Positions 9,294 to 19,752 of a DNA stretch of 64,000 nucleotides are shown here, in pieces. The notes under the pieces are model-generated. The model saw only the letters and a list, made by a program, of their open reading frames with translations. It had not been told where the DNA came from and searched no databases. The stretch is from the NCBI GenBank assembly GCA_904378075.1, contig CAJFHA010000004.1:18113-82112 (forward strand), in the 5' to 3' direction. Source of the DNA: Candidatus Gallimonas faecium (lineage in GTDB: Bacteria; Bacillota; Clostridia; Christensenellales; Borkfalkiaceae). Made by a program: the position numbers and the translations under genes. How positions within the stretch are numbered: the first letter of the stretch is position 1; the number at the start of each line of letters is the position of its first letter.

Positions 9294-11384
9294 TTACGAA
9301 AGTTTTTCGAGCAGCTTGAAGTCGATGCCCTTTTCGCCGATCTTGATGATCTTGACCTTGACCACGTCGCCGATCGAAAGCACGTCTTCCACCTTTTCGA
9401 TGCGCCGATCCGCCATTTTGGAGATGTGGATCATGCCGTCTTTGCCGGGGGCAAATTCAACGAACGCACCCATCGTGGACAGAATGCGCACGACGCGTCC
9501 GATGAACATATCGCCCACTTCGGGATCGCGCACGATGCTCTCGACGATCGCCTTTGCGCGCAGCGCCGCCTCCGAATCGCCAAAGGAGGCAATGCACACC
9601 GTGCCGTCGTCCTCGATGTCGATCTTGGTGCCCGTTTCCGCAATGATGGAGTTGATGACCTTGCCCTGTTTGCCGACCACGTCGCCGATTTTTTCGGGAT
9701 CGATATGGAAGGAAATGATGCGGGGCGCATACTTGGAAAGATCGGAAGCGACCTCGGGCACGCACTCGAGCATCTTGGAGAGGATGAACGTCCTGCCCTC
9801 GTTCGCCTGCTCGATCGCCGTGTGCATGATCTCTTCCGAGATGCCCTTGATCTTGATGTCCATCTGAATGGCGGTGATGCCCTTCTGCGTTCCCGCCACC
9901 TTGAAGTCCATATCGCCGAGGAAGTCCTCAAGCCCCTGAATGTCCGTCATGACGCGGAATTCGCCCGTTTCCTGATTCTTGATCAGTCCCATGGCGACGC
10001 CCGCGACGGGCGCCTTGATGGGAACGCCGGCGTCCATCAGCGCCATGGTGGAACCGCAGACGGAAGCCATCGACGACGAACCGTTGGAAGACATGATGTC
10101 GTTGACGACACGGATGGCGTAAGGGAACTCCTCTGCCGAGGGAAGGACGGGGATGAGGGCGCGCTCCGCAAGGGCGCCGTGCCCGATCTCGCGCCTGCCT
10201 GCGCCGCGGATCGCCTTCGCTTCGCCCGTGCAGTAGCCGGGGAAGTTATACTGATGCATATAGCGCTTGCTCGTCTCGTCGTCCAGCCCCTCCAGCTTCT
10301 GCGCGTCGGCAAGCATACCCAGCGTGCAGGTGGTGAGCGTCTGCGTCTGACCGCGCGTGAAGACGGCGCTGCCGTGGACGCGGGGCAGCACGTGCCGCTC
10401 GCACCAGATGGGACGCACGTCTTTGAGTCCTCTGCCGTCGGGACGGATGCCCTTATCGAAGATCTTGGCGCGCACCTTCTCCTTGGTCAGATAATAGACG
10501 GAATCTTTCAGCTCGCGCGTGTTGTCGGGATAAATGTCCGCAAAATGCTCCAGAATCTCCTTTTCCGCCTCGTCCTGGCGCGCCTCGCGCTCCTGGCGGT
10601 CAAAGGTGTCGAGCGCCCAGTCGAGCTTGTCCGAAGCGTACGCGCGCACGGCGGCGTCGAGTTCTTCGGGAATGTGATACAGCTCGATCTGCTGCTTGGG
10701 CTTGCCGACTGCGGGAACGATGACTTCTTCGATATACTTGCAGATCTTGGAAATTTCCTGCTGACCGAACATGATCGCGCCGACCATCTCGTCATTGGAA
10801 ACTTCGTCCGCGCCCGCTTCGATCATGAGGATGGCGTCCTTCATGCCGGCGAGATTCAGATGAATGGTGCTCTTTTCGCGCTGCGCCGCGTCGGGATTGA
10901 TGACGTATTCGCCGTCCACAAGCCCCACGACGACCGAGCCCGTGGGACCGCCCCAGGGAATATCGGAAATGGAGAGCGCGACCGAAGAGCCGATCATGGC
11001 AAGGGGTTCGGGGCTCACGTCGGGCTCGACGGAGAGCGCCGTTGCAACGACGACGACGTCGTTGAACAGTCCCTTCGGGAACAGCGGGCGCAGCGGCCTG
11101 TCGATGAGGCGGGCAGTCAGGATCGCCTTGTCCGAAGCCCTGCCCTCCCTGCGCTTGAAGCTGCCGGGGATCTTGCCGACCGCGTACATCTTCTCTTCAT
11201 AGTCCACCTGCAGAGGGAAGAAGTCGATGCCGTCCCTCGGCGTCTTGGACATGCACACCGTCACCATGACGGCGGTCTCGCCGCAGCGCACGACGCAGGC
11301 GCCGTTCGCCTGTTCCGCGTACTTACCGGTCTCGACGACGACCTCGCGGCCGCCGACATTGAATCTGAATTCCTGGTAGTTCAT
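9294..11384 (-). CDS. pnp: Polyribonucleotide nucleotidyltransferase (PNPase)
   Basis: 696 aa. Two RNase PH domains, then KH and S1 (GRVVRILSTMGAFVEF). Canonical rpsO-pnp order. Confidence 0.95.
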   Translation of the reverse strand: MNYQEFRFNVGGREVVVETGKYAEQANGACVVRCGETAVMVTVCMSKTPRDGIDFFPLQVDYEEKMYAVGKIPGSFKRREGRASDKAILTARLIDRPLRPLFPKGLFNDVVVVATALSVEPDVSPEPLAMIGSSVALSISDIPWGGPTGSVVVGLVDGEYVINPDAAQREKSTIHLNLAGMKDAILMIEAGADEVSNDEMVGAIMFGQQEISKICKYIEEVIVPAVGKPKQQIELYHIPEELDAAVRAYASDKLDWALDTFDRQEREARQDEAEKEILEHFADIYPDNTRELKDSVYYLTKEKVRAKIFDKGIRPDGRGLKDVRPIWCERHVLPRVHGSAVFTRGQTQTLTTCTLGMLADAQKLEGLDDETSKRYMHQYNFPGYCTGEAKAIRGAGRREIGHGALAERALIPVLPSAEEFPYAIRVVNDIMSSNGSSSMASVCGSTMALMDAGVPIKAPVAGVAMGLIKNQETGEFRVMTDIQGLEDFLGDMDFKVAGTQKGITAIQMDIKIKGISEEIMHTAIEQANEGRTFILSKMLECVPEVASDLSKYAPRIISFHIDPEKIGDVVGKQGKVINSIIAETGTKIDIEDDGTVCIASFGDSEAALRAKAIVESIVRDPEVGDMFIGRVVRILSTMGAFVEFAPGKDGMIHISKMADRRIEKVEDVLSIGDVVKVKIIKIGEKGIDFKLLEKLS

Positions 11385-11486
11385 TGTTACTTTATCTCCT
11401 TATCTTTAACGCCTTTCGTTCTTTGTCCCTGCGCCCCGACGGCGCAGAAACGGTGCGGGACGGCCGCTTCTGCCTGCGGAAGTCCC

Positions 11487-11514
11487 AAAAAAAGAGCGGC
11501 AAAAAGCCGCCCCT
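11487..11514 (-). terminator. Intrinsic terminator/attenuator between rpsO and pnp
   Basis: Minus strand reads GGGGCGGC-TTTTT-GCCGCTC followed by TTTTTTT. Confidence 0.75.
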
Positions 11515-11524
11515 TTTCAAAGCC

Positions 11525-11779
11525 TCACTTTCTGAGCTCGAGCGCCGCGATGACCGCTCTGTAACGCTCGATGTCTTTTGCCTTGAGATAGTCCAGAAGC
11601 CCTCTGCGGCGACCGACCATCTTCAGAAGCCCGCGACGGGAGTGATTGTCGTGCTTGTGCTCCTTCAGGTGCTCGTTGAGGTGGTTGATGCGCTCGGTGA
11701 GGAGCGCGATCTGCACTTCGGGCGAACCCGTATCGCCTTCGTGCGCCGCGAACTTGGCAATGATCTCCTGCTTTTCCAT
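11525..11779 (-). CDS. rpsO: 30S ribosomal protein S15
   Basis: 84 aa: [65 protein letters not shown]. Confidence 0.95.
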   Translation of the reverse strand: MEKQEIIAKFAAHEGDTGSPEVQIALLTERINHLNEHLKEHKHDNHSRRGLLKMVGRRRGLLDYLKAKDIERYRAVIAALELRK

Positions 11780-11863
11780 TTGCGTTTATCCTCCTATGGA
11801 ATATTTTGCCGCGCACGCCAAGAAAAAGGTGGAGAGCCGTTCTCCTCGCGTACGTCGAGAATA

Positions 11864-11892
11864 ATCATACCATTTTTTCGCGCGCTTGTCAA
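11864..11892 (-). promoter_or_regulatory. rpsO promoter, TTGACA-17 nt-TATGAT with TG extension
   Basis: Minus strand reads TTGACAAGCGCGCGAAAAAATGGTATGAT, about 85 nt upstream of the rpsO ATG. Confidence 0.6.
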
Positions 11893-12035
11893 AGATTTTT
11901 CCGCGCTTTCCGCAAACCTGCCGCGAAATTTTGCGGCGGCAGCGGTCCGCGTCTGCCAGATGCGCCGGCGGACATCTGTCCGCCGGCGCATCCCGATACG
12001 ATTTTTCGATTTCTGCCCCGCGGGACATATGCGCG

Positions 12036-12467
12036 TCAGCGCAGGATCACGGATCCCGAGACCGCGCAGATCTCCTCGCCGTCCTTCAGAACGACGGTGT
12101 CGCCGTGCGAAAAGGTGCGCACGAGCCCGCCCACGCGCAGTTTGAACGTGTGCGCCGCGTCATTGGAAGCAAGCAGCGTGTAGGTCCCCGGCAGAAGCTC
12201 CCCGTCCTTTTGCGCGCGGTAGGTCTTGCCCGCAGCCAGAACGAAGTCCCCTTCGGCATGCGACACATTGACCGCGCCGCCGCGTTCGACGGACGGATCC
12301 GCCGAATAGCGCACGCCGTCTTTTACGATCACCTCATCGGCGTAGCGCGAACCCGCCGCATTTTTCTTTTGTTCCGCGCGGTACCTGACATACAGCACGA
12401 CGGCGCAGACGAGCGCCGCGGCAAGCGCGATTGAAAGTACCAGAATGACGATCTGTTCCGTTGTCAT
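12036..12467 (-). CDS. Hypothetical single-pass membrane protein
   Basis: Track ORF 12036..12563; start MTTEQIVILVLSIALAAALV at 12467 behind GGAGGGG. N-terminal TM helix plus a beta-rich ectodomain. Confidence 0.65.
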   Translation of the reverse strand: MTTEQIVILVLSIALAAALVCAVVLYVRYRAEQKKNAAGSRYADEVIVKDGVRYSADPSVERGGAVNVSHAEGDFVLAAGKTYRAQKDGELLPGTYTLLASNDAAHTFKLRVGGLVRTFSHGDTVVLKDGEEICAVSGSVILR

Positions 12468-12569
12468 AAGACCCCTCCGCGCGCCGTCCGGGGCGCGCCC
12501 GATTTCCCCTTCAATATACCACAGCACGGCGGCTTTGTCAAGATATGTCTGCAAATTCCGCATCCGCCA

Positions 12570-12598
12570 TTGACAAACCGCGCAAAAGCGACTATAAT
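12570..12598 (+). promoter_or_regulatory. Sigma-A-type promoter, TTGACA-17 nt-TATAAT
   Basis: TTGACA at 12570-12575 and TATAAT at 12593-12598, upstream of the 12626 start. Confidence 0.6.
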
Positions 12599-12625
12599 GA
12601 TAAAAAACGTCTGCGGGGGGAACGT

Positions 12626-13126
12626 ATGCAGCCCATCAAAAAAGCATTGCGCAAAAGTCTCTTTCTCTGTGTCGTTCTGACGCTCTGTCTGCCGCTCGGC
12701 GGCGTCATGATGGGCGTCGGATTCGCCATATCGCAGCCCGCCGTCTGGGGGATCGGCATCGGTCTGCTCGCCGTCGGCTTCTACGGAACGGCGATCGGCT
12801 GGACGACCGCCTATGCGCCCAAAAAGGCGCTCTACCGCGTCGTGAGCGCGGTCATGGAAGAGCATTTACATACGGTAAACGAGATCGCCGTGCAACTGTC
12901 CATGTCCGAAAAGGACGTGCGCAACCAGCTCGACGCCTGCTTCCGCAAGCGCTACCTGCCCGGCATCAAACGGGACGGCGATACGCTCATCCTCAACGAA
13001 AACCAGGAACTCGGCAAGCAGGAATTTTACGCCGAATGCACCGCCTGCGGCGCGCGTTTTCTGTACACGAAGGACAGCAAATGCTGCCCCTACTGCGGTA
13101 CGCCCGTCAGGAACCCGAAAAAATAA
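12626..13126 (+). CDS. Hypothetical membrane protein with C-terminal zinc ribbon
   Basis: Track ORF 12545..13126; start MQPIKKAL at 12626. Two TM helices, then CTACGARF...CCPYCGTPV (CxxC...CxxC). Confidence 0.65.
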   Translation: MQPIKKALRKSLFLCVVLTLCLPLGGVMMGVGFAISQPAVWGIGIGLLAVGFYGTAIGWTTAYAPKKALYRVVSAVMEEHLHTVNEIAVQLSMSEKDVRNQLDACFRKRYLPGIKRDGDTLILNENQELGKQEFYAECTACGARFLYTKDSKCCPYCGTPVRNPKK

Positions 13127-13139
13127 CCGCGATCAGCAG

Positions 13140-13173
13140 CACCCCGCGCTCGGCGAGCGCGGGGTGTTTTTTT
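13140..13173 (+). terminator. Intrinsic terminator
   Basis: CACCCCGCGCTC-GGCG-AGCGCGGGGTG followed by TTTTTTT. Confidence 0.8.
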
Positions 13174-13211
13174 GCAGACTGTTTTGCATGCCGAAAGAGC
13201 GGCCGTATCCG

Positions 13212-14588
13212 TTACGTTGCGGAAAACAGCGCTTCCCGCTCGGCAATGAGCTGCGGGACCTTGGCAAGATATGTGGGAATATCCTTGGGGCTGCCGTGGC
13301 GCTCGATGCGCTTTCCGCCCGCGAACAGCTTTTTGGAGACGGCGTTCGCGCCGACGGCAAGGTTGTCGCAGGTCTCCTCCATCACGTCCACGTTATAGAC
13401 GCACGCTTTCCCGGGTTTGGTCCAGCCGACGTTCTCGTGCGCGCCCGCCATATACTTCTGACGGTAGAGGTAGTACGGTCCGTACCCCGCCCGCGACAGC
13501 GCCGCGCGCGAATAGGCGATCATGTCCGAGAGCCGCCCCTCCTCCAGACGGGACGTCTCCTCCTTGAGCCGCGCGCCCTTTTTCAGACACAGCGTATGTA
13601 CGGTAATGTTGTCGGGCGCGAGGGCGATCGCCTCGTCCACGCTCGCGCAGAACGCTTCGAACGTCTCCCCCGTCAGCCCCGCAATCAGATCGCAGTTGAC
13701 GGAAAACCCGAAGGGCGCGGCGAGTTCGAACGCGTCGCGTACCGCCTGCGCGGTGTGTTTTCTGCCGATCCGCACCAGCGTCGCGTCCGAGAAACTCTGC
13801 GCGTTGATGCAGATGCGCGTCACGCCATACGTTTTGCACACTTCCAGCTTTTCGCGCGTAAAGGTATCCGGTCTGCCCGCCTCCACCGTATATTCGCAGC
13901 CGTTCGTTCTGAGCGGTGCAACGGCTTCCAGCACCGCGGCAAGCTCTTCCGCTTCGAGAGCAAAGGGCGTGCCGCCGCCGATATAGACGGAGCGCAGGTT
14001 CCCGATGAGCGGTCCCGCCGCCGCGAGCTCCTCTTTCAGCGCGGAAAGATAGCCCGGTAAATACTTTCTGGTCGCCGCGATCGGCGCGGTGATGAAGGAA
14101 CAGTATTCGCACTTCGTCGGACAGAACGGGAGAGAGACGAACAGATCGCAATTGCCCTCCCGCCGCTCGTAAACGGCTTTTTGCCCCGCAATGACGTCGC
14201 GCACGAGCGCGATGTTGTCGGCAGAGACGCGCATGCGCTCGAAGAGCGGCTCAAAGGGCCGCCCGGCATCCAGCTCGGCATACGCAAGGCGCGTCGGACG
14301 GATGCCCGTCAGCGCGCCCCACGGAAGGCGTATGCCCGTCTCCTCGCTGAGCGCGGCGTAGAGCGCAAGCTTGGCGTACCGCTTTGCGAGGCTCTTGTAC
14401 TGCAACGCGTCCTGCACGCACGCCTCGTCCGAAAAGGCGCGCACGCGCCCGTTCAGCGCGACGGTGTTTTCAAACGTGTTCCCCGTAAAGCGCATCGTAT
14501 GTACGATCTCCGTGTCCTGCGCGCCGTCGAACAGGCGCACCACGTCCATGAGTTCGGGTTCAAGAAATTTTGTATCGCTCGTCAGCAT
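13212..14588 (-). CDS. hemZ: Radical SAM protein, HemN/HemZ family (coproporphyrinogen dehydrogenase-like)
   Basis: Track ORF 13212..15149, but its Arg-rich first 187 codons overlap the MBL gene. True start MLTSDTKFLEPEL at 14588. CxxxCxxC cluster motif LPFCPTKCEYCSF. Confidence 0.8.
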   Translation of the reverse strand: MLTSDTKFLEPELMDVVRLFDGAQDTEIVHTMRFTGNTFENTVALNGRVRAFSDEACVQDALQYKSLAKRYAKLALYAALSEETGIRLPWGALTGIRPTRLAYAELDAGRPFEPLFERMRVSADNIALVRDVIAGQKAVYERREGNCDLFVSLPFCPTKCEYCSFITAPIAATRKYLPGYLSALKEELAAAGPLIGNLRSVYIGGGTPFALEAEELAAVLEAVAPLRTNGCEYTVEAGRPDTFTREKLEVCKTYGVTRICINAQSFSDATLVRIGRKHTAQAVRDAFELAAPFGFSVNCDLIAGLTGETFEAFCASVDEAIALAPDNITVHTLCLKKGARLKEETSRLEEGRLSDMIAYSRAALSRAGYGPYYLYRQKYMAGAHENVGWTKPGKACVYNVDVMEETCDNLAVGANAVSKKLFAGGKRIERHGSPKDIPTYLAKVPQLIAEREALFSAT

Positions 14589-15190
14589 TGCCGCACCGAT
14601 CCGTTGTATTTCCGCTCCCGTCCGAGCGTCGTATCCTCGCCGTGTCCGGGAAAGACGGGAAGATCCCCTTCGAGCGCGTACAGCTTCTGCACGCTCGCCG
14701 CAAGCTGCGCGCCGCTGCCCGTGGGAAGGTCGCACCTGCCCACGTCGCCCGCAAACAGCGTGTCGCCCGTGAACAGACTGCCGCCCGCAAGAAAACAGGC
14801 GCCGCCCGCCGTATGCCCGGGCGTGGCGATCACGGTCAGTTTTATTCCGCAAAGCTCCAGCACGTCGCCGTCCGAAAAAGTGAAATCGATCCCGAACGCG
14901 GGCACGCGCCTGCCGAAGTATGCCGCCATGTTGCCGTCTCCCAACACAAGCGGCTTTTCCGCATCGAGACACCCGATCTTTGCGCCCGCTTGCTGCAGCG
15001 CGGCGCACCCGCCGATATGGTCGAAATGCCCGTGCGTCAGCAGCGCGTACTCCACGCGCAGCCCGAGGCGCGCAGCCTCGTCCGCGACGCGCGGCTGCGC
15101 GGGATCGATGGCGACGGCGGTTTTTCCGTCCTCCGTCAGAAGGTAGCAATTGGCGGCAAAGCCCCTGGGGGCGATCTTGTATCTTAGCAT
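14582..15190 (-). CDS. MBL-fold metallo-hydrolase (glyoxalase II-like)
   Basis: 202 aa with THGHFDHIGG (HxHxDH) and downstream His/Asp ligands. 7-nt overlap with the hemZ start. Confidence 0.85.
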   Translation of the reverse strand: MLRYKIAPRGFAANCYLLTEDGKTAVAIDPAQPRVADEAARLGLRVEYALLTHGHFDHIGGCAALQQAGAKIGCLDAEKPLVLGDGNMAAYFGRRVPAFGIDFTFSDGDVLELCGIKLTVIATPGHTAGGACFLAGGSLFTGDTLFAGDVGRCDLPTGSGAQLAASVQKLYALEGDLPVFPGHGEDTTLGRERKYNGSVRQC

Positions 15191-15194
15191 GTCG

Positions 15195-17324
15195 TCAGTT
15201 GGAGAGACGGCGCACGTCCAGAATTTTTGCGTGCGACCGGATCTTGCCGATGAGGACTTCGACGTCCTGCCGGCTCAGCAGGCTGACCGTCACATCGACG
15301 ATCGCGGAACCGTTTTTATCATACCTGCCGTTGATGGAGGTGATCTCCAGATGCATTTCGGACACGGAAGCGGAGATCGCGGAGAGCGCCGCGCCCTGAT
15401 CTTCCGCGGTGACGACGATCGCCGCCTTGAAGCGCGCATCCCCCTCCTTGACCAGCCACTCCGCCGCCTGCAGCCTTGCGGGATCGACGTTCTTCATGTT
15501 GGGGCAGTCCTTTCTGTGGATCACGATGCCCCTGCCGCGCGTGACGAACCCAACGATCTCGTCGCCGGGAACGGGCGAACAACACCCCGCAAAGGAGACG
15601 AGCATCCCCGTCATGCCGTTGATGGTGACGGAACCCTTGGCGTTCTTCGCCTTGAAGGGCTGGGGAATGATGGGCGCGGGCGCCTCCTTGCGGAAATAGT
15701 CGAGCAGTTTGAAGATGACCTGATTGACGGTCACCGCGCCGTAACCGATGGCGGAATACATTTCGTCGGGCGTATCGAAGGAGAGCTTTTCGGAGACCTT
15801 TTTGAAGCTCTCGGGCGTGACCAGCTCGGAAAGCGCCATGCCCCTGCGCTTGGCGGCCTCCTCCAGCATGCTCTTGCCCAGGCGGATGTTCTCCTCCTTC
15901 ATCTCCTTCTTGTAGAAGGACTTGATCTTGGCGCGCGCAGACGAAGATTTGATGAATTTCAGCCAGTCGCGCGAAGGGCCCTTGCTGTTCGGAGAGGTAA
16001 TGATCTCCACCACGTCGCCCGTTTCGAGCTTGGTGTTGAGCGGGACGATCTTGCCGTTCACCTTGGCGCCCGTACACTTGTTGCCCACTTCCGAGTGAAT
16101 GGCATATGCAAAGTCGACGGGCGTGGCGCCCGCGGGGAGCGAGATGACCTTGCTCTGCGGCGTGAACACCAAAAGCTCGGTCGAGTACAGCTCGCCCTTG
16201 ACGGTGTCCATGAACTCCTTGGAGTCCTTCAGCCCTCCCTGCAGCTCCATGACCTCGCGGATCCAGGCGATGCGTGCGTCGAGCGAAGATTCCTCGCTGC
16301 GGTTTTCCTTGTACTTCCAATGCGCCGCGATACCGTATTCCGCCGTGCGGTGCATTTCCTCCGTACGGATCTGAATTTCGAAGGGCTGCCCGAAGTTGGT
16401 GACGACCGTCGTGTGCAGCGACTGATAGAGGTTGGGCTTGGGCGTTGCGATATAGTCCTTGATGCGCCCGGGCACGGGCTTCCACTTCTTATGGATCTTG
16501 CCCAGCACCTCGTAACACTCGTCCACCGTGCCGACAATGACGCGGACGGCGGTGAGATCATAGATCTGATCGAGCGTCTTGTGCTTGTCCTTCATCTTCT
16601 TGTAGATGGAGTAGAAGTGCTTGGGACGTCCGAACACTTCGCCGTGGATCCTGCTCTCTTCCAGGATGCCGTTGATCTCCTCCACCACAAAATCCACAAA
16701 GCGGTTGCGCTCTTCCAACTTCTGGTGAATGTTCTCCACCAGATATTCGAAGGCGGCGGGATCGAGGTACTTCAGGCACAGGTCCTCCAGCTCGCACTTG
16801 ACCTGCGAAATACCGAGCCTGCCCGCAATGGGTGCGTAGATGTCCAGCGTCTCGCGCGCCATCTTCTGCTGGCGCTCCTTGGACAGGAAGTTGAGGGAGC
16901 GCATGTTATGCAGACGGTCTGCAAGTTTGATGATGATGACGCGGATATCCTTCGCCATCGCAATGAAGATCTTGCGGAAGTTTTCCGCCTCCTCCTCTTC
17001 CTGCGATTTGAAGACGATCTTGTCGAGTTTGGTGACGCCCGCAACGAGCGTCAGGACGCCTTCGCCGAATTCACGGCGCACGTCTTCCTCGGTGACGGGC
17101 GTATCCTCGATGACGTCGTGCAGAAGCGCCGCCGCGATCGTCTCGGCGTCCAGCCCGAGATCGACCAGGATCTCCGCGACCGCGCACGGATGGATGAAAT
17201 AAGGTTCGCCCGAAGCGCGCTTCTGATTGCGGTGCGCATCGCGCGCAAAATCGTAGGCATGCAGCAGCATGTCTCTTTCCGCGCCCGTATAGAATTCATA
17301 GATCTTCATGAGGATGGATTCCAC
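15195..17324 (-). CDS. relA: Bifunctional (p)ppGpp synthetase/hydrolase RelA/SpoT (Rel)
   Basis: Has the HD hydrolase (HDVIEDT), synthetase, TGS and ACT regions. A GTG at 17324 sits 6 nt after GGAGG; an alternative ATG lies at 17309. Confidence 0.92.
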   Translation of the reverse strand: MESILMKIYEFYTGAERDMLLHAYDFARDAHRNQKRASGEPYFIHPCAVAEILVDLGLDAETIAAALLHDVIEDTPVTEEDVRREFGEGVLTLVAGVTKLDKIVFKSQEEEEAENFRKIFIAMAKDIRVIIIKLADRLHNMRSLNFLSKERQQKMARETLDIYAPIAGRLGISQVKCELEDLCLKYLDPAAFEYLVENIHQKLEERNRFVDFVVEEINGILEESRIHGEVFGRPKHFYSIYKKMKDKHKTLDQIYDLTAVRVIVGTVDECYEVLGKIHKKWKPVPGRIKDYIATPKPNLYQSLHTTVVTNFGQPFEIQIRTEEMHRTAEYGIAAHWKYKENRSEESSLDARIAWIREVMELQGGLKDSKEFMDTVKGELYSTELLVFTPQSKVISLPAGATPVDFAYAIHSEVGNKCTGAKVNGKIVPLNTKLETGDVVEIITSPNSKGPSRDWLKFIKSSSARAKIKSFYKKEMKEENIRLGKSMLEEAAKRRGMALSELVTPESFKKVSEKLSFDTPDEMYSAIGYGAVTVNQVIFKLLDYFRKEAPAPIIPQPFKAKNAKGSVTINGMTGMLVSFAGCCSPVPGDEIVGFVTRGRGIVIHRKDCPNMKNVDPARLQAAEWLVKEGDARFKAAIVVTAEDQGAALSAISASVSEMHLEITSINGRYDKNGSAIVDVTVSLLSRQDVEVLIGKIRSHAKILDVRRLSN

Positions 17325-17325
17325 G

Positions 17326-19623
17326 TTACGCCTCCCTGAGCGCCGCCACCGCCGTATAGAGCGGCGAAGCGGCGAGCTCCGTCTTTTTTCCGCGGGCAAG
17401 CTGCAGCCGTCCGCCGTCCAGCGCGATCAGCCCGAGCTCCTCGAATACGGCGAGCGCGAAGATAAACTCCTCCGTCCCGAACCCGAGACAATCGCACGAC
17501 TTGGCAGCCTCCGCGTAGCTCTCGCCCGTCACGCGGGCGCCCTGCGCGCGCAGGGCGGCGAACACGGCGAGCAGGTCTTCCCGCTGCGTCGAGAGGGCGT
17601 ACAGCCGCTCTCTGCCGCTGATCTCCCCGTTCACGCGCACCCGCGCGCCGCCCGTCTGCAGCGCGTTTGCGGGGGGCATGTCCAGGAACACCACGTCGCG
17701 GTATCCCGAAAGGTCGCACCCCGGATCGGGCGCGACCAGCACCACGTTTTCGCAGTTGCCCGAGGAAAGGCGGAACACGTCGGCGGGAAGCGCGCGCAGC
17801 GCGGGGAACGCCGCCAGCGTCGCAACGTCGTAGCACACGGCGCACAGACCGTAGGCGCACGCGGCGCAGCGCTGCTCCAAAAAGCCGTTCAGCTCCTCCG
17901 TCGCCGCATCCGCCCGCACGGGCGCGCCGCGCAGGGCAAGCAGCGTATTTTCAAAGATCTCGGGCGCGGCAATGCCGCCGCCCGCGGGCAGCACCGCCCG
18001 CACGAAACCTTTCAGATACTCCCTGCCGCGGAACACGGAGAGATTGTATTCGAACACGAGCGTCTTTTTAAGATCGCTCCGCAAAAATTTGAGATCCTTT
18101 GCTCCGCCGAAGTACATGAGATCCAGCCCGCCCGCGCTCAGCGACAGGTGCGGCGAGAGCGGCTTGACGGGGTGCGCGTCGAGGCTGCCCGTTTCCATCG
18201 TAAACAGGGGGCGGCGGTTGCCGATGCCGAATGGTTCGAGCATGGCAAGCTCGTGCGCGACCTGAGCGTGATCCTCCCCCTCTCCGACGACGTACAGCTT
18301 TGCCGCGAGATCTTCCCGCGAGTAATGGGAGCCGATATATTCGCCGAGCGCGCGCTTGAGATCTTCAAACTTGTCCGCGCGCACGTTGACGCCCGCCGCC
18401 TGCGAATGACCGCCGAACTCTTCGATATACTGCGAGCACGCCTTGAGCGCTTCGAAGATATTCACGCCCTCGACGCTGCGCGCGCTGCCGCGCAGCATGT
18501 CGCCGCGCCGCACGAACAGCAGCGCGGGACGGGAAAATTCTTCCGCAATGCGCGCCGCCACGATGCCGACGAACCCCGCGTTCCAATTGTCCGCCGCCAG
18601 CATGACGACGCTCTGATACGCACCCTCCCGGCGGACGCTCTCGAGCGCCTGCGCATACAGTTCGTCGCAGGCACGCTGCCGCTCCGCATTGTAGAGGTTG
18701 AGCTTTTCCGCAAGGGCGGCGATCGCCTCCTCGTTTTCCGTCGTGAACAGGGAGAGCGCCGCGTGCGCGTCCCCCATCCTGCCCGCCGCGTTGATGCGGG
18801 GCGCGATCGTGAAGGCGAGCGTCTGCGCCGTCACCTCGTTCGTCTTGCCGAGCAGAGCGGAAAACGCGGGACGGGGATGCTTTTCCATGCGCCGCAGCCC
18901 TTCCGCCACGATGTCGCGGTTTTCGCCGAGCAGCGGCACGCTGTCCGCGACCGTGGAGAGCGCGGCAAAGTCCACAAGCTCCATCGCGCGGTCGCCGATG
19001 AGCGCCGTGGCAAGTTTGAACGCGACGCCCGCGCCGCACAGGTTGTCGTACGGATAGTCGTCCGCAAATTTCGGATTGACCGTCACGCAGTCGGGAAGGA
19101 TGTCGGGCAGCTCGTGATGGTCGGTGACGATGACGTATGCACCCGATTCCTGCGCGTAGGCAACTTCGGCGGCATTGGATATGCCGCAGTCCACCGTGAC
19201 GATGAGATCGGGCATGAATTCGTCGAAGATCTTGTCGAGCGCCGCCGCACTCATGCCGTATCCTTCAACGCGCTCGGGGACATAGAGGTATGGTTCGATG
19301 CCGAACATCTGCAGCGCACGGGAGAGCACGGCGAGCGCGCCGATGCCGTCTGCGTCATAGTCGCCGAACAGCGCGACTCTCCAGCCTTCGTCGCGCGCCT
19401 GCGTCAGAAGCGCGACCGCCTCCTTCATCCCCTTCATGAGGAAGGGCGAGAGAAAGTGCCGTGCGCCCGGCCGCAGGAAGGCACGCATCTTTTCCGCCGT
19501 ATCCATGCCCCGCGCATAGAGAATGCGCGCCGTCGTAGGCGTAATGCCGAGCGAGGCGGCGCACGCTTGTACCTCCGCTTCCTGCGCGGCGGTCAATTGA
19601 AATTCATGCACGAGTTTTTTCAT
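17326..19623 (-). CDS. recJ: Single-stranded-DNA-specific exonuclease RecJ
   Basis: Track ORF 17326..19743; start MKKLVHEF at 19623. DHH motifs (FGDYDADGI, VTVDCGI, TDHH) and a DHHA1 domain. Confidence 0.9.
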   Translation of the reverse strand: MKKLVHEFQLTAAQEAEVQACAASLGITPTTARILYARGMDTAEKMRAFLRPGARHFLSPFLMKGMKEAVALLTQARDEGWRVALFGDYDADGIGALAVLSRALQMFGIEPYLYVPERVEGYGMSAAALDKIFDEFMPDLIVTVDCGISNAAEVAYAQESGAYVIVTDHHELPDILPDCVTVNPKFADDYPYDNLCGAGVAFKLATALIGDRAMELVDFAALSTVADSVPLLGENRDIVAEGLRRMEKHPRPAFSALLGKTNEVTAQTLAFTIAPRINAAGRMGDAHAALSLFTTENEEAIAALAEKLNLYNAERQRACDELYAQALESVRREGAYQSVVMLAADNWNAGFVGIVAARIAEEFSRPALLFVRRGDMLRGSARSVEGVNIFEALKACSQYIEEFGGHSQAAGVNVRADKFEDLKRALGEYIGSHYSREDLAAKLYVVGEGEDHAQVAHELAMLEPFGIGNRRPLFTMETGSLDAHPVKPLSPHLSLSAGGLDLMYFGGAKDLKFLRSDLKKTLVFEYNLSVFRGREYLKGFVRAVLPAGGGIAAPEIFENTLLALRGAPVRADAATEELNGFLEQRCAACAYGLCAVCYDVATLAAFPALRALPADVFRLSSGNCENVVLVAPDPGCDLSGYRDVVFLDMPPANALQTGGARVRVNGEISGRERLYALSTQREDLLAVFAALRAQGARVTGESYAEAAKSCDCLGFGTEEFIFALAVFEELGLIALDGGRLQLARGKKTELAASPLYTAVAALREA

Positions 19624-19752
19624 GGTCGGTGTCCCGTAACGGATATTTTTTCTATTATACCACAGAATGCGCCGTTTGCGCAAAATATTTTTTCCCTTTG
19701 CGCAAAAACGCAAAACGGCGGGAAACTTCCCGCCGTCGTTCATTCAGATCGT

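Noticed and set aside
9426-11564. 712-aa plus-strand ORF.
   Set aside because: It is antisense to pnp, whose identity is unambiguous. Its composition is typical of a shadow ORF.
14589-15149. N-terminal 187 codons of the 645-aa track ORF (13212..15149).
   Set aside because: This Arg-rich extension fully overlaps the well-supported MBL hydrolase gene in another frame. The real HemZ-like start is the ATG at 14588.
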